This document shows, piece after piece, positions 1 through 11,789 of a stretch of DNA of 34,626 nucleotides. The translations under genes and the position numbers were made by a program. Origin of the DNA: Octopus bimaculoides (lineage: Eukaryota); assembly GCF_001194135.2 (NCBI RefSeq), contig NC_068981.1, positions 137,963,569 to 137,998,194 on the forward strand, read 5' to 3'. The stretch's first letter is position 1, and each line of letters begins with the position of its first letter. The notes beneath the pieces are model-generated. The model was given only the letters and a program-made list of their open reading frames with translations. It was not told where the DNA came from and did not search any database.

Positions 1-61
1 CTCTCTAACTTCTGCCGATGATATATATACATATTGCATATATGTGTAAAAAATCTCATCA

Positions 62-230
62 CGCAATCGAAACGCTAAAAATAGCAGCCAAAGTATCCCC
101 CTACCTAAATCACACGCCCATTGTATGTAATGTCCTAGGTAATCCCTAAAAAGACGGTTTGCTGAAGGCTGGAATGTCTTTGATGATACGTTTGCAGTAT
201 CAGGGTTTATTTGAGGCTAAATAACAACAT
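62..230 (+). mobile_element. Dispersed repeat with AAC-type tail (probable SINE), degenerate copy
   Basis: Shares GCTA(A/G)AAATAGCA(G/A)CC(A/C)AA ... GGCTGGAATG ... TTTGAT ... GGCTAAA(T/C)AACAAC with copies at about 7725-7905, 22580-22975 and, in reverse, 18590-18680. Boundaries approximate. Confidence 0.55.
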
Positions 231-765
231 TATGGTCAATTTCTATATTGACACCCGCACGATTTTCACTAAGAAATAAAATTTGATTTTTTGCGTGAAA
301 TCAAATACCCTGACCTCCTAATTTGCTGCAAATCCCTTATTTTGGTTCGGAAAAATGTGGTGAGGTTTCCCTCCCAATCCCGGAATCATTGGAAAATTTC
401 TTTTTTCTTTGAATTAATTCCTAATATTGCAAAATTAGGTTACTTAAGGTGACTGATGTTTTGAGGTCTTGTTGTTTGTAACTGTTGGTGAGCCATGGTG
501 GAACAAATAACATGGTAAAAATCCCTGCCATTAATTTGGTGTGGATGGGTAATATCAAATAATTCAATCACAACATATATTTGAATTAAACACGAAAAAA
601 ATTGAAATATTACCATCACTTACATGGAAAATTTGAAATATCTTTCAGTATTTTATAAGGTAAAATCTTAATATTAATTGTCACATTATTAATTATCTTA
701 TAACAGCAATGCCTGGAAAAATCATGGATTATATGGAAAAATGCGAGCATACAAAGTCATATTCT

Positions 766-1210
766 TAAGATTATAAACCTAGAAAAGTACAAGACAAGTT
801 ATTACACCTGTAAAAGTATAGGACAAGCTATTACTTCTAGTAATGTAAAGAATAAGAAACTTTTTACTTAAGATATTGCAGCTAAAATCAAAATTTCAAT
901 ATTAAAAATTATTTTATTATAGTTTACAAATAACACTATACTTAATTAAGTAGAATTTGGCTAATTTACTAACTTAAATACATAAAAAAGTGACTAATTA
1001 GACAAACTTACAAATTAGCTGAACAGTTTTGTACAATAAATTTAAAAGATGAGAACTGTAAAGAGCGATAAATTAGAAGAACTGGCATTCTTTGCTGCAA
1101 TATTTTAAGTAAAAAGTTTCTTATTCTTTAATTTACTAGAAGTAATAGCTTGTCCTATACTTTTCCAGGTGTAATAACTTGTCCTGTAATTTTCCAGGTT
1201 TATAATCTTA
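766..1210. mobile_element. Foldback/MITE-like element with inverted arms of at least 117 bp
   Basis: 766-882 is the reverse complement of 1094-1210 with only a few mismatches. The right arm runs into the N-gap at 1211, so termini and TSD cannot be seen. Confidence 0.75.
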
Positions 1211-1942
1211 NNNNNNNNNNNNNNNNNNNNNNNNNNNNNNNNNNNNNNNNNNNNNNNNNNNNNNNNNNNNNNNNNNNNNNTTTCAACTGATTGCGCTGAA
1301 ATTTTACACGTAGGCAAAAGACGTCACAGTGGGTGCACCAGTTAAATTTCATGAAAGAACATATGTGATTGTAATAAAAATCGATATCATTCCAGAATGA
1401 ACGGTAATCGAACACGTGCATGCAGGCATTTCATTCTGTGTTTAATAAATAAGCTGGCACAAAAGAGTAAGAAGACAAGGCAATTGTTTTGAATAAGTAA
1501 AAATGAAATAAAATATTAAATTTAACGAATTAATGGCACTAATTGGCGATCAGTTAACTCTGTGGATATTTTCCCACTGCAAAATTCAATTGACAGTAGA
1601 AAACGACAAATTGATGGGTAATCGATGGTGGAAATTTGGGTGACAAATATCTAAAACTTTAGCTAACAGTTTCTTATATAAGACAAAAAATGAACGGTAT
1701 TTTTCAACTTTTGCGTAACTCACTTCATTTGATACATACATGCCCATTATTTATTCTTTAATTCCATTTCATGAAGAAGGAATATTAGTATCAAAATTTC
1801 AAATTACGAGTTACTTTTTATCAGTAAGCATAATTGAACGAAATATTGGCAAATTCTTCTTATCATTTTTACGAATTTTCCAGATAAAATTCGTCGATTA
1901 CATTCTAAAAAAAATTTATTTTCCAAAATAACAGATGCAAAA

Positions 1943-2348
1943 GTGAAAAAATGTGGTCGGCAAAATTGCGCAACATGCCCAAACCTTCTAGAAGGATCAG
2001 AATTCCTTTTCAAAGAGGGACAAAAATTCAAAATCAAATCTGACTTTACTTGTGCCTCAGAAAACCTTATTTATGTCATAAGACGCTCGGGCTGCTTACG
2101 AAAACTACATAAGGTCCACGGGATTATCGCTCAGACGCAGATGCATTCTGCATCGACAGCAGATTGCATTCCCAGAATACAGAATGATACCCTTTAGTGA
2201 ACATATTGAGAAATGCGCAAAACGAATGCTACCACAATTTATAATCTTTCCATTCTATCAATGTGCCATTGGAACATCAACACAAATTAGATTAAATAAG
2301 GAAACCTTCTTCATTGAAAAATATAAGCCAAAACCTAACCATTGCTAA
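1943..2348 (+). pseudogene. Penelope-like retroelement GIY-YIG endonuclease remnant (frameshifted)
   Basis: KCGRQNCATC...FTCASENLIYVIRRSGC, then after a frameshift near 2099 ENYIRSTGLSLRRRCILHRQQI...SEHIEKC...IRLNKETFFIEKYKPKPNHC*. It shows the CxxxxCxxC motif, NLIY...YI(G/R)ST, R...H and terminal E motifs of PLE endonucleases. Confidence 0.85.
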
Positions 2349-2883
2349 CACTTTTAAATAAGGAAATTCACCTCACTGAGAAAAAAATATATAGAACAAA
2401 ACCTAACATTCTATTCCTTCTAAACCAAATCATGTCAANNNNNNNNNNNNNNNNNNNNNNNNNNNNNNNNNNNNNNNNNNNNNNNNNNNNNNNNNNNNNN
2501 NNNNNNNNNNNNNNNNNNNNNNNNNNNNNNNNNNNNNNNNNNNNNNNNNNNNNNNNNNNNNNNNNNNNNNNNNNNNNNNNNNNNNNNNNNNNNNNNNNNN
2601 NNNNNNNNNNNNNNNNNNNNNNNNNNNNNNNNNNNNNNNNNNNNNNNNNNNNNNNNNNNNNNNNNNNNNNNNNNNNNNNNNNNNNNNNNNNNNNNNNNNN
2701 NNNNNNNNNNNNNNNNNNNNNNNNNNNNNNNNNNNNNNNNNNNNNNNNNNNNNNNNNNNNNNNNNNNNNNNNNNNNNNNNNNNNNNNNNNNNNNNNNNNN
2801 NNNNNNNNNNNNNNNNNNNNNNNNNNNNNNNNNNNNNNNNNNNNNNNNNNNNNNNNNNNNNNNNNNNNNNNNNNNNNNNNNNN

Positions 2884-2957
<74 letters not shown>
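2884..2957. repeat. (CA)n/(TA)n microsatellite
   Basis: Direct reading; abuts N-gap 2439-2883. Confidence 0.95.
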
Positions 2958-3445
2958 GCTAGTCAACAGAGTGGTTTTTCTCTGTATGTGGCCTAGAATG
3001 TCTGTGTGTAGCATCAACCCCGTCCCATGGGAAACCTAACTTGAGCTTTCCTGGGTGGTCGCAGTATTTTCTATCCTGAAAACGCTATCCCCGTTTGTGG
3101 GATTCGGTCCTAGCTATATCAAGAATGTGCGTTGTTCAGAAGAGATCTTCGATTATAGCGAGGTTTAACATATAGAACGAACCATAGGGCTCTAGTTGTG
3201 TGCAGCATTTATTTAATGTGGGCGGGGAATGATGCATGTTTTTCTATTGAAAGAGATAACATTAACATGCCACCTCTGTAAGATACTTTCAAGGAATCAG
3301 TGTAAGTTTGGTGTGTGGTCTCTAGGGAAGATTAACTTATGGGGATTAGTGAAGGCAATGGAAAAATGAAAGGTCGTATTATCTGCATAAAAGCCGGTGC
3401 TGTTAGATGAAACACCATATCTGGCGATACACCGGCATTCCGAGA
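2958..3445 (-). pseudogene. CR1/L2-like LINE reverse transcriptase remnant
   Basis: Minus-strand translation gives NAGVSP (cf. NSGVPQGS, 3439-3422), FYADNTTFHFS (YADD-like, 3389-3378), NVISFN, HILDIARTES, KAQVR and TDILGHIQRK, in the order expected for CR1-group ORF2. Many stops and frameshifts. Confidence 0.75.
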
Positions 3446-3628
3446 AAAACCTTGTATTCTTTATCACGCATTTCTCTTCCGGAAGTTGCTCTGGAGCAAA
3501 ATATTACAGCTGGTAACATTCCACTTATTTTACATATTATAAATGTTATACACTCGGGTTGAAATTTTGTAATCTGCAACTTCAAGTTTTGTGTAATTTT
3601 ATTTATTGATACAGAAAAAAAAAGGCTA

Positions 3629-4073
3629 TATGTGTGGCATCAGGATACGACTCCTTGCCATACCTCTGAAAAGAGTCAGAAGTGGTTGTCGGAGAATTTC
3701 TACGTCTTCAGCAAACCCAATCTCTCGTCTCTTAATTCCCCCGATTGAAATCCCATGGATTACTATGTATGGGGGCGTGGTTGAGATAGACACCGACCGC
3801 TCTGCCTGCAGCCCCGAGGCTGAACTGGTGGCCAAGACCAAGGAGATGTTCGAAGAACTCCCCAGGAATACAAGAGGAACACATGTACCAAATTCCACTG
3901 CTGACTTGAAGCTGTGATGGAACCTAAGGGCAGCTACTTTGAGTAAACTGTTATCTCCAAGCTATAGTCTAGCTGATATTTTTGATTTTTTAAAAATAAT
4001 TTTATTTTGGATGGGATATTGTATTTTTCTTTTCTTTTTATGCAAACTGTAAAATTTAGCCCGAACACCTGTA
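3629..4073 (+). mobile_element. Tc1/mariner-superfamily DD37D (maT-type) transposon 3' remnant
   Basis: YVWHQDTTPCHTSEKSQKWLSENF...NSPD*NPMDYYVWG, with 37 codons between the QD and PMD aspartates. The C-terminus ends ...GSYFE* at 3946, and the right end reads CCCGAACACCTG-TA at 4073. Confidence 0.8.
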
Positions 4074-4696
4074 GTATGTATTTTGTTGTATGTTGTGATG
4101 TTAGTTTTCTTACATGTATACTTCATAATGTTAGATAAACGTATGTTGTGTGCAACAATGCTTGTTTTTCATATCTGCTTTCTTTTCTCGGCAAAAAATG
4201 TACTTTAGGAGATTGTTTGAAAGCGGTCATGAAATTGTTCAAAGTGTTTAGGTAAGAGTTGGAACAGAGCCAAAATATCCTTTCTATCAGTTTAATTACG
4301 ACAGCACTTCTGTGATTTCAGATCAAAATTATCTACGTGTGTACTGCTAGTCAGCTCACAAAAATGTAAGATTTCAAGCAGATTCGTTTAATCACGATTT
4401 CGTCTTCTCAGTAAGGTGTGTCATATAGTGCTTCTATGATGGTATCGGTATGTTCTTCAGCGAATATTGAATCTGTTGCGCCACCACCAACTTCAATTGT
4501 TTGTTCGCTTATAGTTACAGCGTGGCATGGTATATATCGCTACAGACAGAAGTAAGGAAAGACAAAAAAAAAAACCCCCACATATCATGCTATGGGCATA
4601 TTGTGAACCCTTGAATGAGAATGAATCTCGCTCATAATCCAGTGATAACAGTCACACATTTTGTGTTTACGTAATGCAGTCTAAGTTAATATCTTA

Positions 4697-4770
4697 TACA
4701 TACATACATACATACATACATACATACATACATACATACATACATACATACACACACACATACATACATA
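4697..4770. repeat. (TACA)n/(CA)n microsatellite
   Basis: Direct reading. Confidence 0.95.
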
Positions 4771-5439
4771 CTCACATAGGAAGCACTCTCTTCCTGTTGA
4801 TTTCCCATAAAACTCCAAAACAGCTGGACTAACATACTTCAACGAAGATCTGGATGTGAAACGCTCAGCAAACCAGAAAAGCACTATGTATGGCTCTATT
4901 TCCCGAAGACTTGCAGAGGACAGTACTATCAACATAAAATGCAGCCTCTCTTGGACTCGTGACCGCTACATCACATTTTCAATCCCGAGAACAGGAGATT
5001 GTGACTGAATACCTAATAACCAAATAAAGAAAAGAGATTGTGAAGTCGCTGGAGCTCCAAGTTGCAACCGAAAATGTAGGTTATGTCATGTTTCTGTGAA
5101 AGTATAAATTGTAATAATGAAATGAAATCAAATAATGAAGTTTTGAAAGCTTTTAGTACGAACGTTTCAGATTTGAATAATAATTGATACGAAATGCATC
5201 AATCTTAACACGTGTGAGCAACGAGAGACTCAATGAGGAAGAGTGAGAGAGAGAGAGGGGGAACGGTGAAGGGAAGAGAATAAGATTAGGGAAAGGGTGG
5301 GAGAGAAAAACAGAAAGGAAGAGAACAAGAGAGGGAGATAGACAGAAAAGAGATAGAATAAGAATGCGCATCGTAATTATTCAGATGAAACTTACTTGGT
5401 AAAGGATACGTGGAGTTCGATCATATAATAATATAAATA

Positions 5440-5467
5440 ATATATAGATATATGCATATATACATAC

Positions 5468-5500
<33 letters not shown>

Positions 5501-6245
5501 TGTATGTGTGAATGTATGTATGTATGTATGTATGTATATATANNNNNNNNNNNNNNNNNNNNNNNNNNNNNNNNNNNNNNNNNNNNNNNNNNNNNNNNNN
5601 NNNNNNNNNNNNNNNNNNNNNNNNNNNNNNNNNNNNNNNNNNNNNNNNNNNNNNNNNNNNNNNNNNNNNNNNNNNNNNNNNNNNNNNNNNNNNNNNNNNN
5701 NNNNNNNNNNNNNNNNNNNNNNNNNNNNNNNNNNNNNNNNNNNNNNNNNNNNNNNNNNNNNNNNNNNNNNNNNNNNNNNNNNNNNNNNNNNNNNNNNNNN
5801 NNNNNNNNNNNNNNNNNNNNNNNNNNNNNNNNNNNNNNNNNNNNNNNNNNNNNNNNNNNNNNNNNNNNNNNNNNNNNNNNNNNNNNNNNNNNNNNNNNNN
5901 NNNNNNNNNNNNNNNNNNNNNNNNNNNNNNNNNNNNNNNNNNNNNNNNNNNNNNNNNNNNNNNNNNNNNNNNNNNNNNNNNNNNNNNNNNNNNNNNNNNN
6001 NNNNNNNNNNNNNNNNNNNNNNNNNNNNNNNNNNNNNNNNNNNNNNNNNNNNNNNNNNNNNNNNNNNNNNNNNNNNNNNNNNNNNNNNNNNNNNNNNNNN
6101 NNNNNNNNNNNNNNNNNNNNNNNNNNNNNNNNNNNNNNNNNNNNNNNNNNNNNNNNNNNNNNNNNNNNNNNNNNNNNNNNNNNNNNNNNNNNNNNNNNNN
6201 NNNNNNNNNNNNNNNNNNNNTGTGTGTGTGTGTGTGTGTGTGTGT
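5440..6245. repeat. (TATG)n and (TG)n microsatellites flanking a 678-N gap
   Basis: Direct reading; gap 5543-6220. Confidence 0.9.
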
Positions 6246-6519
6246 TTGTATATCTGTATTTGTCCCCCACCATCACTTGTCCCTTCGTTGCTGGACTACC
6301 GTGATGTTTGTTTAAAAAAGAGAGATTATGACTGTGATAAAATAATGAAAGCAATATTTACTTAGCAAGTGAGCACTATAGACGTGAAATATAAAAATTA
6401 TTAGAAATGGGATCAAATATGAAAATATTAGCAAGGTGTTAGCAGAAAACCGCCCGGAAGGTGGTTTTCTGCTAGTTTGTATAACGTGCAAAATATTCCG
6501 TCGTCACTCGATACCATGC

Positions 6520-6770
6520 CAGTTTCAAGTTTACAAGTCTTTCCAGGCTTAATCCTAGATCCATGCGCTCCCTACAAAATTCGAGCTCACATCCCATAAC
6601 AGCGTTGCAACAGAGCATGTTAAGCTTAACTGGTCCTGTCTTATTCAGCACTATTCTGGAAGAAACCATAGCAGAAAAGGAGTCCATAGTATTCAAACGG
6701 TACCAGGACAGATTCCTCCAAAAAATTACTAGACTAGCCAACGACTATCGGATACATTTCGGAAAATAAT
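6520..6770 (+). pseudogene. CR1/L2-like LINE ORF2 C-terminal remnant
   Basis: SMLSLTGPVLFSTI...IVFKRYQDRFLQKI resembles the GPxLFNxLP...FKxxLDxFL tail of CR1-group ORF2 (recalled consensus). Confidence 0.6.
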
Positions 6771-6911
6771 AGCACCTGTTTTTGAGTGAGCGATGGTGTC
6801 CTAAACCATGACTTAGAAGACTACTCCAAATGGTGTTATTAAATTAGACATGACCTGGGCCAATAATCTCAAATTTGACCTTTTAAATTTATATTCGTTA
6901 TTTTCTACATG

Positions 6912-7134
6912 TTTTGGGCATTAGACTGCGGCTATGCTGGAGCACCGCCTTGAAGAATTTTAATCGAACGAATCGACCCCAGTACTTATTATTTTTTCTT
7001 AAAGCCTGATACTTATTCAATCGTACATTTTTGCCGAACCGCTATGTTACAGGAACGTAAACGTACCAGCACCGGTGTCAAGCGTCTGGAAAGAAGAAAC
7101 ACAGACACAAGACAAACACACACACACACACACA

Positions 7135-7169
<35 letters not shown>

Positions 7170-7333
7170 ATATATACGACGGTCTTCTTTCAGTTTCCGT
7201 CTACCAAGTCCACTGACAAGGCTTTGGTCAGCCTGAGGCTATAGTAGAAGACACTTTCCCAAGGTGCTACGAAGTGAGACTGAACTCGGAACCATGTGGT
7301 TCGGAAGCAACCTTTTCACTACGCAACCGCACA
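6912..7333 (-). mobile_element. Bipartite tRNA-derived SINE (type A) with internal microsatellite, near full length
   Basis: Reverse-complement match to both halves of the 30646-31170 copy: tRNA-like head, GGCACCTTGGG...TCTTCTACTATAGCC, GGTAGACGGAAACTGAAAGAAG, microsatellite, then AGGCGGTGCTCCAGCAT(A/G)GCCGCAGTC. Confidence 0.9.
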
Positions 7334-7521
7334 TGTGTATGTATATTTGAAATAAATATACGCTCGAAAGTAAAGCTGTTCACTATTTACACACACGCAC
7401 GCACACACGCACGCACACACACACACACACACATGTATAAATATATGTTATACCTCCTAACAGTTTCCGTCCAAATCCCATTTCTATTACAACCCAAGGT
7501 TTTAATTAAAATAAATAAATA

Positions 7522-7600
7522 ACTTGTCGACAGTGTAGGTTCGAACCCGGAGATCCAGAGATGCGCGACGAGCTTCTTAATCACACAGATTTGCCATGCC
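7522..7600 (-). mobile_element. Degenerate tRNA-derived SINE head
   Basis: Minus strand has an A-box-like TGTGTGATTAAG and a B box GGTTCGAACC. No intact cloverleaf. Confidence 0.55.
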
Positions 7601-7724
7601 TGCATAGTAACAACATTGTATAAGACATAGTTTATCATCTATCAACACCACAGCACAGATATAGTAAAATACTCGACTGCTACACCTATCGATATCCTTT
7701 ATTTGAGTCATCAATGAAGCCTCT

Positions 7725-7905
7725 ATGCGGTCGACCCTTCTGCTAGAAATAGCAACCCAATCGTCTTCAAATCGCATTCGATGGCTTAAAAAAGCCAGAA
7801 GTGTACTTAACTCAAGACAGGCTATCCGAATAAACGACAGACAGGTTAGTCACATATAGAATGCTTTTGATCATCGGTCTGGTCAGAACTGACCTGGGAC
7901 GAAAT
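7725..7905 (+). mobile_element. AAC-tailed dispersed repeat family, degenerate copy
   Basis: TGCTAGAAATAGCAACCCAA...CTTAAAAAAG...GAATGCTTTTGATCAT(C)GGTCT...CTGACCTGGG is shared with 62-230 and 22580-22975. Confidence 0.55.
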
Positions 7906-9644
7906 GACTATTTAATTTCTTTAAGTCAACTCCTTTCAAGTTTTAATCTGATAGAAACAAAAAAAGAAAAGAAAAAAAAAGAAAAGGAAAAAAAAGAAAA
8001 GAAACCATAGATAATATTATAACCCCGCCCGTTCATACAATCAAATAATTTATTAAATACGCAATAAATCAACATTTCGACAAATAAATGTTTGGAAATG
8101 ACAACTGTCTGTAATTACAATCAGTGACCCTTCCAAAACAAAGTTTCATTCTACAATTCAAGAGATGTAGTTAAAAAATCAAATCAAATCGTTTTTCTAT
8201 TTCTTTTTTTTTTAATTTTTAATCCTTTTTGGAAAGTTCATGTATAGGGACATTAAAAATTGATTGATTCTATATCTCCTTATCAACTTTATCTCAAAGA
8301 AAAAAAAATGTGCCTATAAAAAAACTACAACTGTCTCAGAGTTCTATAGAATTGTTAAATAGATTTAAGCTGGGACACATACAACAGAAGAATCGAGCTT
8401 AAATTCATTTATTTTGTTGGTCTCCCAATCTATGTGATTACATTGTTTACTGCAAATTTCAATTTGTGTAGATCCTCTCTATATATACCTGCCTGTCCTG
8501 TAGCAAAAATCTCTTTAGCTGACAGACTGTCATTCTAGATTTTATTTACCGTTTCTTCGGCTCTTATCTTTTTTTTATCTTCATTTATTTGTGACGCTTT
8601 TCTGTCTGTCTTCTTTCCTTCTTTCTTTCTTCATGTTAAAATTCTTTCTTTTTCTTTTTTTTTTCTATTCCATTCAACGTTAGTTTGCGTTCATCCTCTG
8701 CCTATCTCGTTCTTTCTTTTTCTGTTTTCTTTCTTCTTCATTTCTTTCTCTCCAACTGTCTCTTCTCTCTCCCCCTCTCTTTCTTTATTTCTTCTTTCTT
8801 TCCCTCACCTTCACATCATTTTCTTTTAGATTTCTTTACTATTTCCTCATANNNNNNNNNNNNNNNNNNNNNNNNNNNNNNNNNNNNNNNNNNNNNNNNN
8901 NNNNNNNNNNNNNNNNNNNNNNNNNNNNNNNNNNNNNNNNNNNNNNNNNNNNNNNNNNNNNNNNNNNNNNNNNNNNNNNNNNNNNNNNNNNNNNNNNNNN
9001 NNNNNNNNNNNNNNNNNNNNNNNNNNNNNNNNNNNNNNNNNNNNNNNNNNNACACACAGAGTTTAGAACCTGTGCCGGTGTCTCCTCCTTTATTTCTAAC
9101 TCATATCCAGCCCATATTGTGTCCTTTCATTCACCCACCATATTTAACTACCCATATTTCCAATTAAACCTCCACCTCTTTTCATTTTTTCTTTATCTTT
9201 TTTTTTTCTTCTTTTCTTTCTTTTCTTAAATCTTTTTCTATTCTTTCAATTTATTTCCGCCCACAAAGAAAAGACAGACAGAACGAAAAGAACGAACGAA
9301 TGGAAAGAAAAGAAAAGAAAAAAAAAAAAAACACGTGGAGATGTTGACATCAAAACCAACAGCAGCAGCAACAGCAGCAGCTACAACAAGAACATTAATA
9401 TCACAATGAATAAAAATCAAGAAACTGACAGACGACTGACACGAAACATCTGCGCCACCCGTGTTGTCACAACTACTATCACCGTTACTACTACACATCT
9501 ACCCATTACTTTTTCTTTCGTTCACTATAGTACCTTCTTTCTAAACTATACCTCTTCCTTTCCCTCCCATCATTATCATCTCCTATTTCAAACAACGTCG
9601 TATCGATCCGTAAATCTGGTATGGCGGCAGTGCCGTTAGTGGCG

Positions 9645-9730
9645 ACAGTGATGGCGGTGGTGATAGTAGTAACAATAGTAGTAACAGTAGTAGTAGTAGT
9701 AGTAGTAGTTGTGGTGGTGGTGGTGGTGAT
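9645..9730. repeat. Compound (TAG)n/(TGG)n trinucleotide repeat
   Basis: Direct reading. A (CAG/CAA)n tract also lies at about 9358-9390. Confidence 0.9.
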
Positions 9731-11789
9731 AAGACTATAGCTGGCTGTGGCAACGTTTGCAAAAGTCGAGTTCCGATAATGAAATTTCCAGTTGTTACCA
9801 GTTGTGAATTATTGACCGACTGTCGTTGGTGATAGTTTAGCCTGACCTAAGCAGTCTGGGTTTGTCTGACCTCTGAGTTTACTTGCCTGTTACTATCTCA
9901 GCTCACTGTCTGACTGCCTGCAGCCTCACAGACACAACCAATCAATATTGCTATTTACACTCACGCTTTTGCTCTGCATTATCTTGTTCTATATCTATCT
10001 GTATATCTAACTTTTGTGGCTAGTAGGAGATAAATAAACTAGACTGCACAGATGAGACGAACTGCTTAAATGCGTTGCTTGTTTTGTTAAGTAGAATTGT
10101 CTTACAATGTTTGTAGGTTATGTATGCATGTAGCTGTAAGCCTGTCCCAACATGTCTGGTAGTACGAGCTGCAGCTATTTCTCAAAATAAATTTTGCCCT
10201 TTGTTTTACCAGCATTATTTCTTTGAATACGTTTCATTAAATTCGTTTCCCTCCTCTCCTTTTAAATTTAATCTCAGTCTTTTATTTTCTAATTTTTATA
10301 TGAGAATTAAACAAGTTCCCGAACACAAAATAAAAAAAAAATAATAAATTTTTGTTTTTAAGTTAGTCCACAGAACATTCAAAACTTCACACTCAGACAG
10401 ACACACGCACTCNNNNNNNNNNNNNNNNNNNNNNNNNNNNNNNNNNNNNNNNNNNNNNNNNNNNNNNNNNNNNNNNNNNNNNNNNNNNNNNNNNNNNNNN
10501 NNNNNNNNNNNNNNNNNNNNNNNNNNNNNNNNNNNNNNNNNNNNNNNNNNNNNNNNNNNNNNNNNNNNNNNNNNNNNNNNNNNNNNNNNNNNNNNNNNNN
10601 NNNNNNNNNNNNNNNNNNNNNNNNNNNNNNNNNNNNNNNNNNNNNNNNNNNNNNNNNNNNNNNNNNNNNNNNNNNNNNNNNNNNNNNNNNNNNNNNNNNN
10701 NNNNNNNNNNNNNNNNNNNNNNNNNNNNNNNNNNNNNNNNNNNNNNNNNNNNNNNNNNNNNNNNNNNNNNNNNNNNNNNNNNNNNNNNNNNNNNNNNNNN
10801 NNNNNNNNNNNNNNNNNNNNNNNNNNNNNNNNNNNNNNNNNNNNNNNNNNNNNNNNNNNNNNNNNNNNNNNNNNNNNNNNNNNNNNNNNNNNNNNNNNNN
10901 NNNNNNNNNNNNNNNNNNNNNNNNNNNNNNNNNNNNNNNNNNNNNNNNNNNNNNNNNNNNNNNNNNNNNNNNNNNNNNNNNNNNNNNNNNNNNNNNNNNN
11001 NNNNNNNNNNNNNNNNNNNNNNNNNNNNNNNNNNNNNNNNNNNNNNNNNNNNNNNNNNNNNNNNNNNNNNNNNNNNNNNNNNNNNNNNNNNNNNNNNNNN
11101 NNNNNNNNNNNNNNNNNNNNNNNNNNNNNNNNNNNNNNNNNNNNNNNNNNNNNNNNNNNNNNNNNNNNNNNNNNNNNNNNNNNNNNNNNNNNNNNNNNNN
11201 NNNNNNNNNNNNNNNNNNNNNNNNNNNNNNNNNNNNNNNNNNNNNNNNNNNNNNNNNNNNNNNNNNNNNNNNNNNNNNNNNNNNNNNNNNNNNNNNNNNN
11301 NNNNNNNNNNNNNNNNNNNNNNNNNNNNNNNNNNNCATTATTTAATGCGTCCTTCATTTTAAAGCAGTATTTTGTTCTTATTTCTAGCGTTTCGATTGAC
11401 TGTAGAAGGGCACTCCACCAGCTTTGGCACGGACGGTTATCCCGAGTAAGCTTTTTACTCTGCATTAAATCCTACGATAGGGGCTCCAACTCAATAGTAT
11501 TACCACACTAAGAGCAGTAGCTATTTTCAGCAACCTGTAAGCATGTAAATATTTTCTTTTTCCAAATAATGTAAACATGTAAATTAATTTTGTAAAATTA
11601 ATTCCTTTCTTCTTTTAAAATTTTAAGCAGTTACCACAAGATTTTGCAAAGAAGACAGAAATTTCTATTAAATGAGAGTTTTGCATAGATAATTCAATAC
11701 ATCACCTCTTTTTCAGCCAAATTCCTGTATGGAGACTATACTAACTTGATGAGGTCCAATAAAACCAAAACATGTCCACAGCTCTCTCC

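Noticed and set aside
4080-5100. Possible further retroelement remnants (KISFLSV near 4272; ORF-like stretch 4820-5010)
   Set aside because: Only isolated short motifs; I could not build a consistent domain order.
6440-6474. Bacterial rho-independent terminator or contamination
   Set aside because: No proper U-tract and no adjacent bacterial-type gene; the flanks are eukaryotic repeats. Kept only as an unexplained hairpin.
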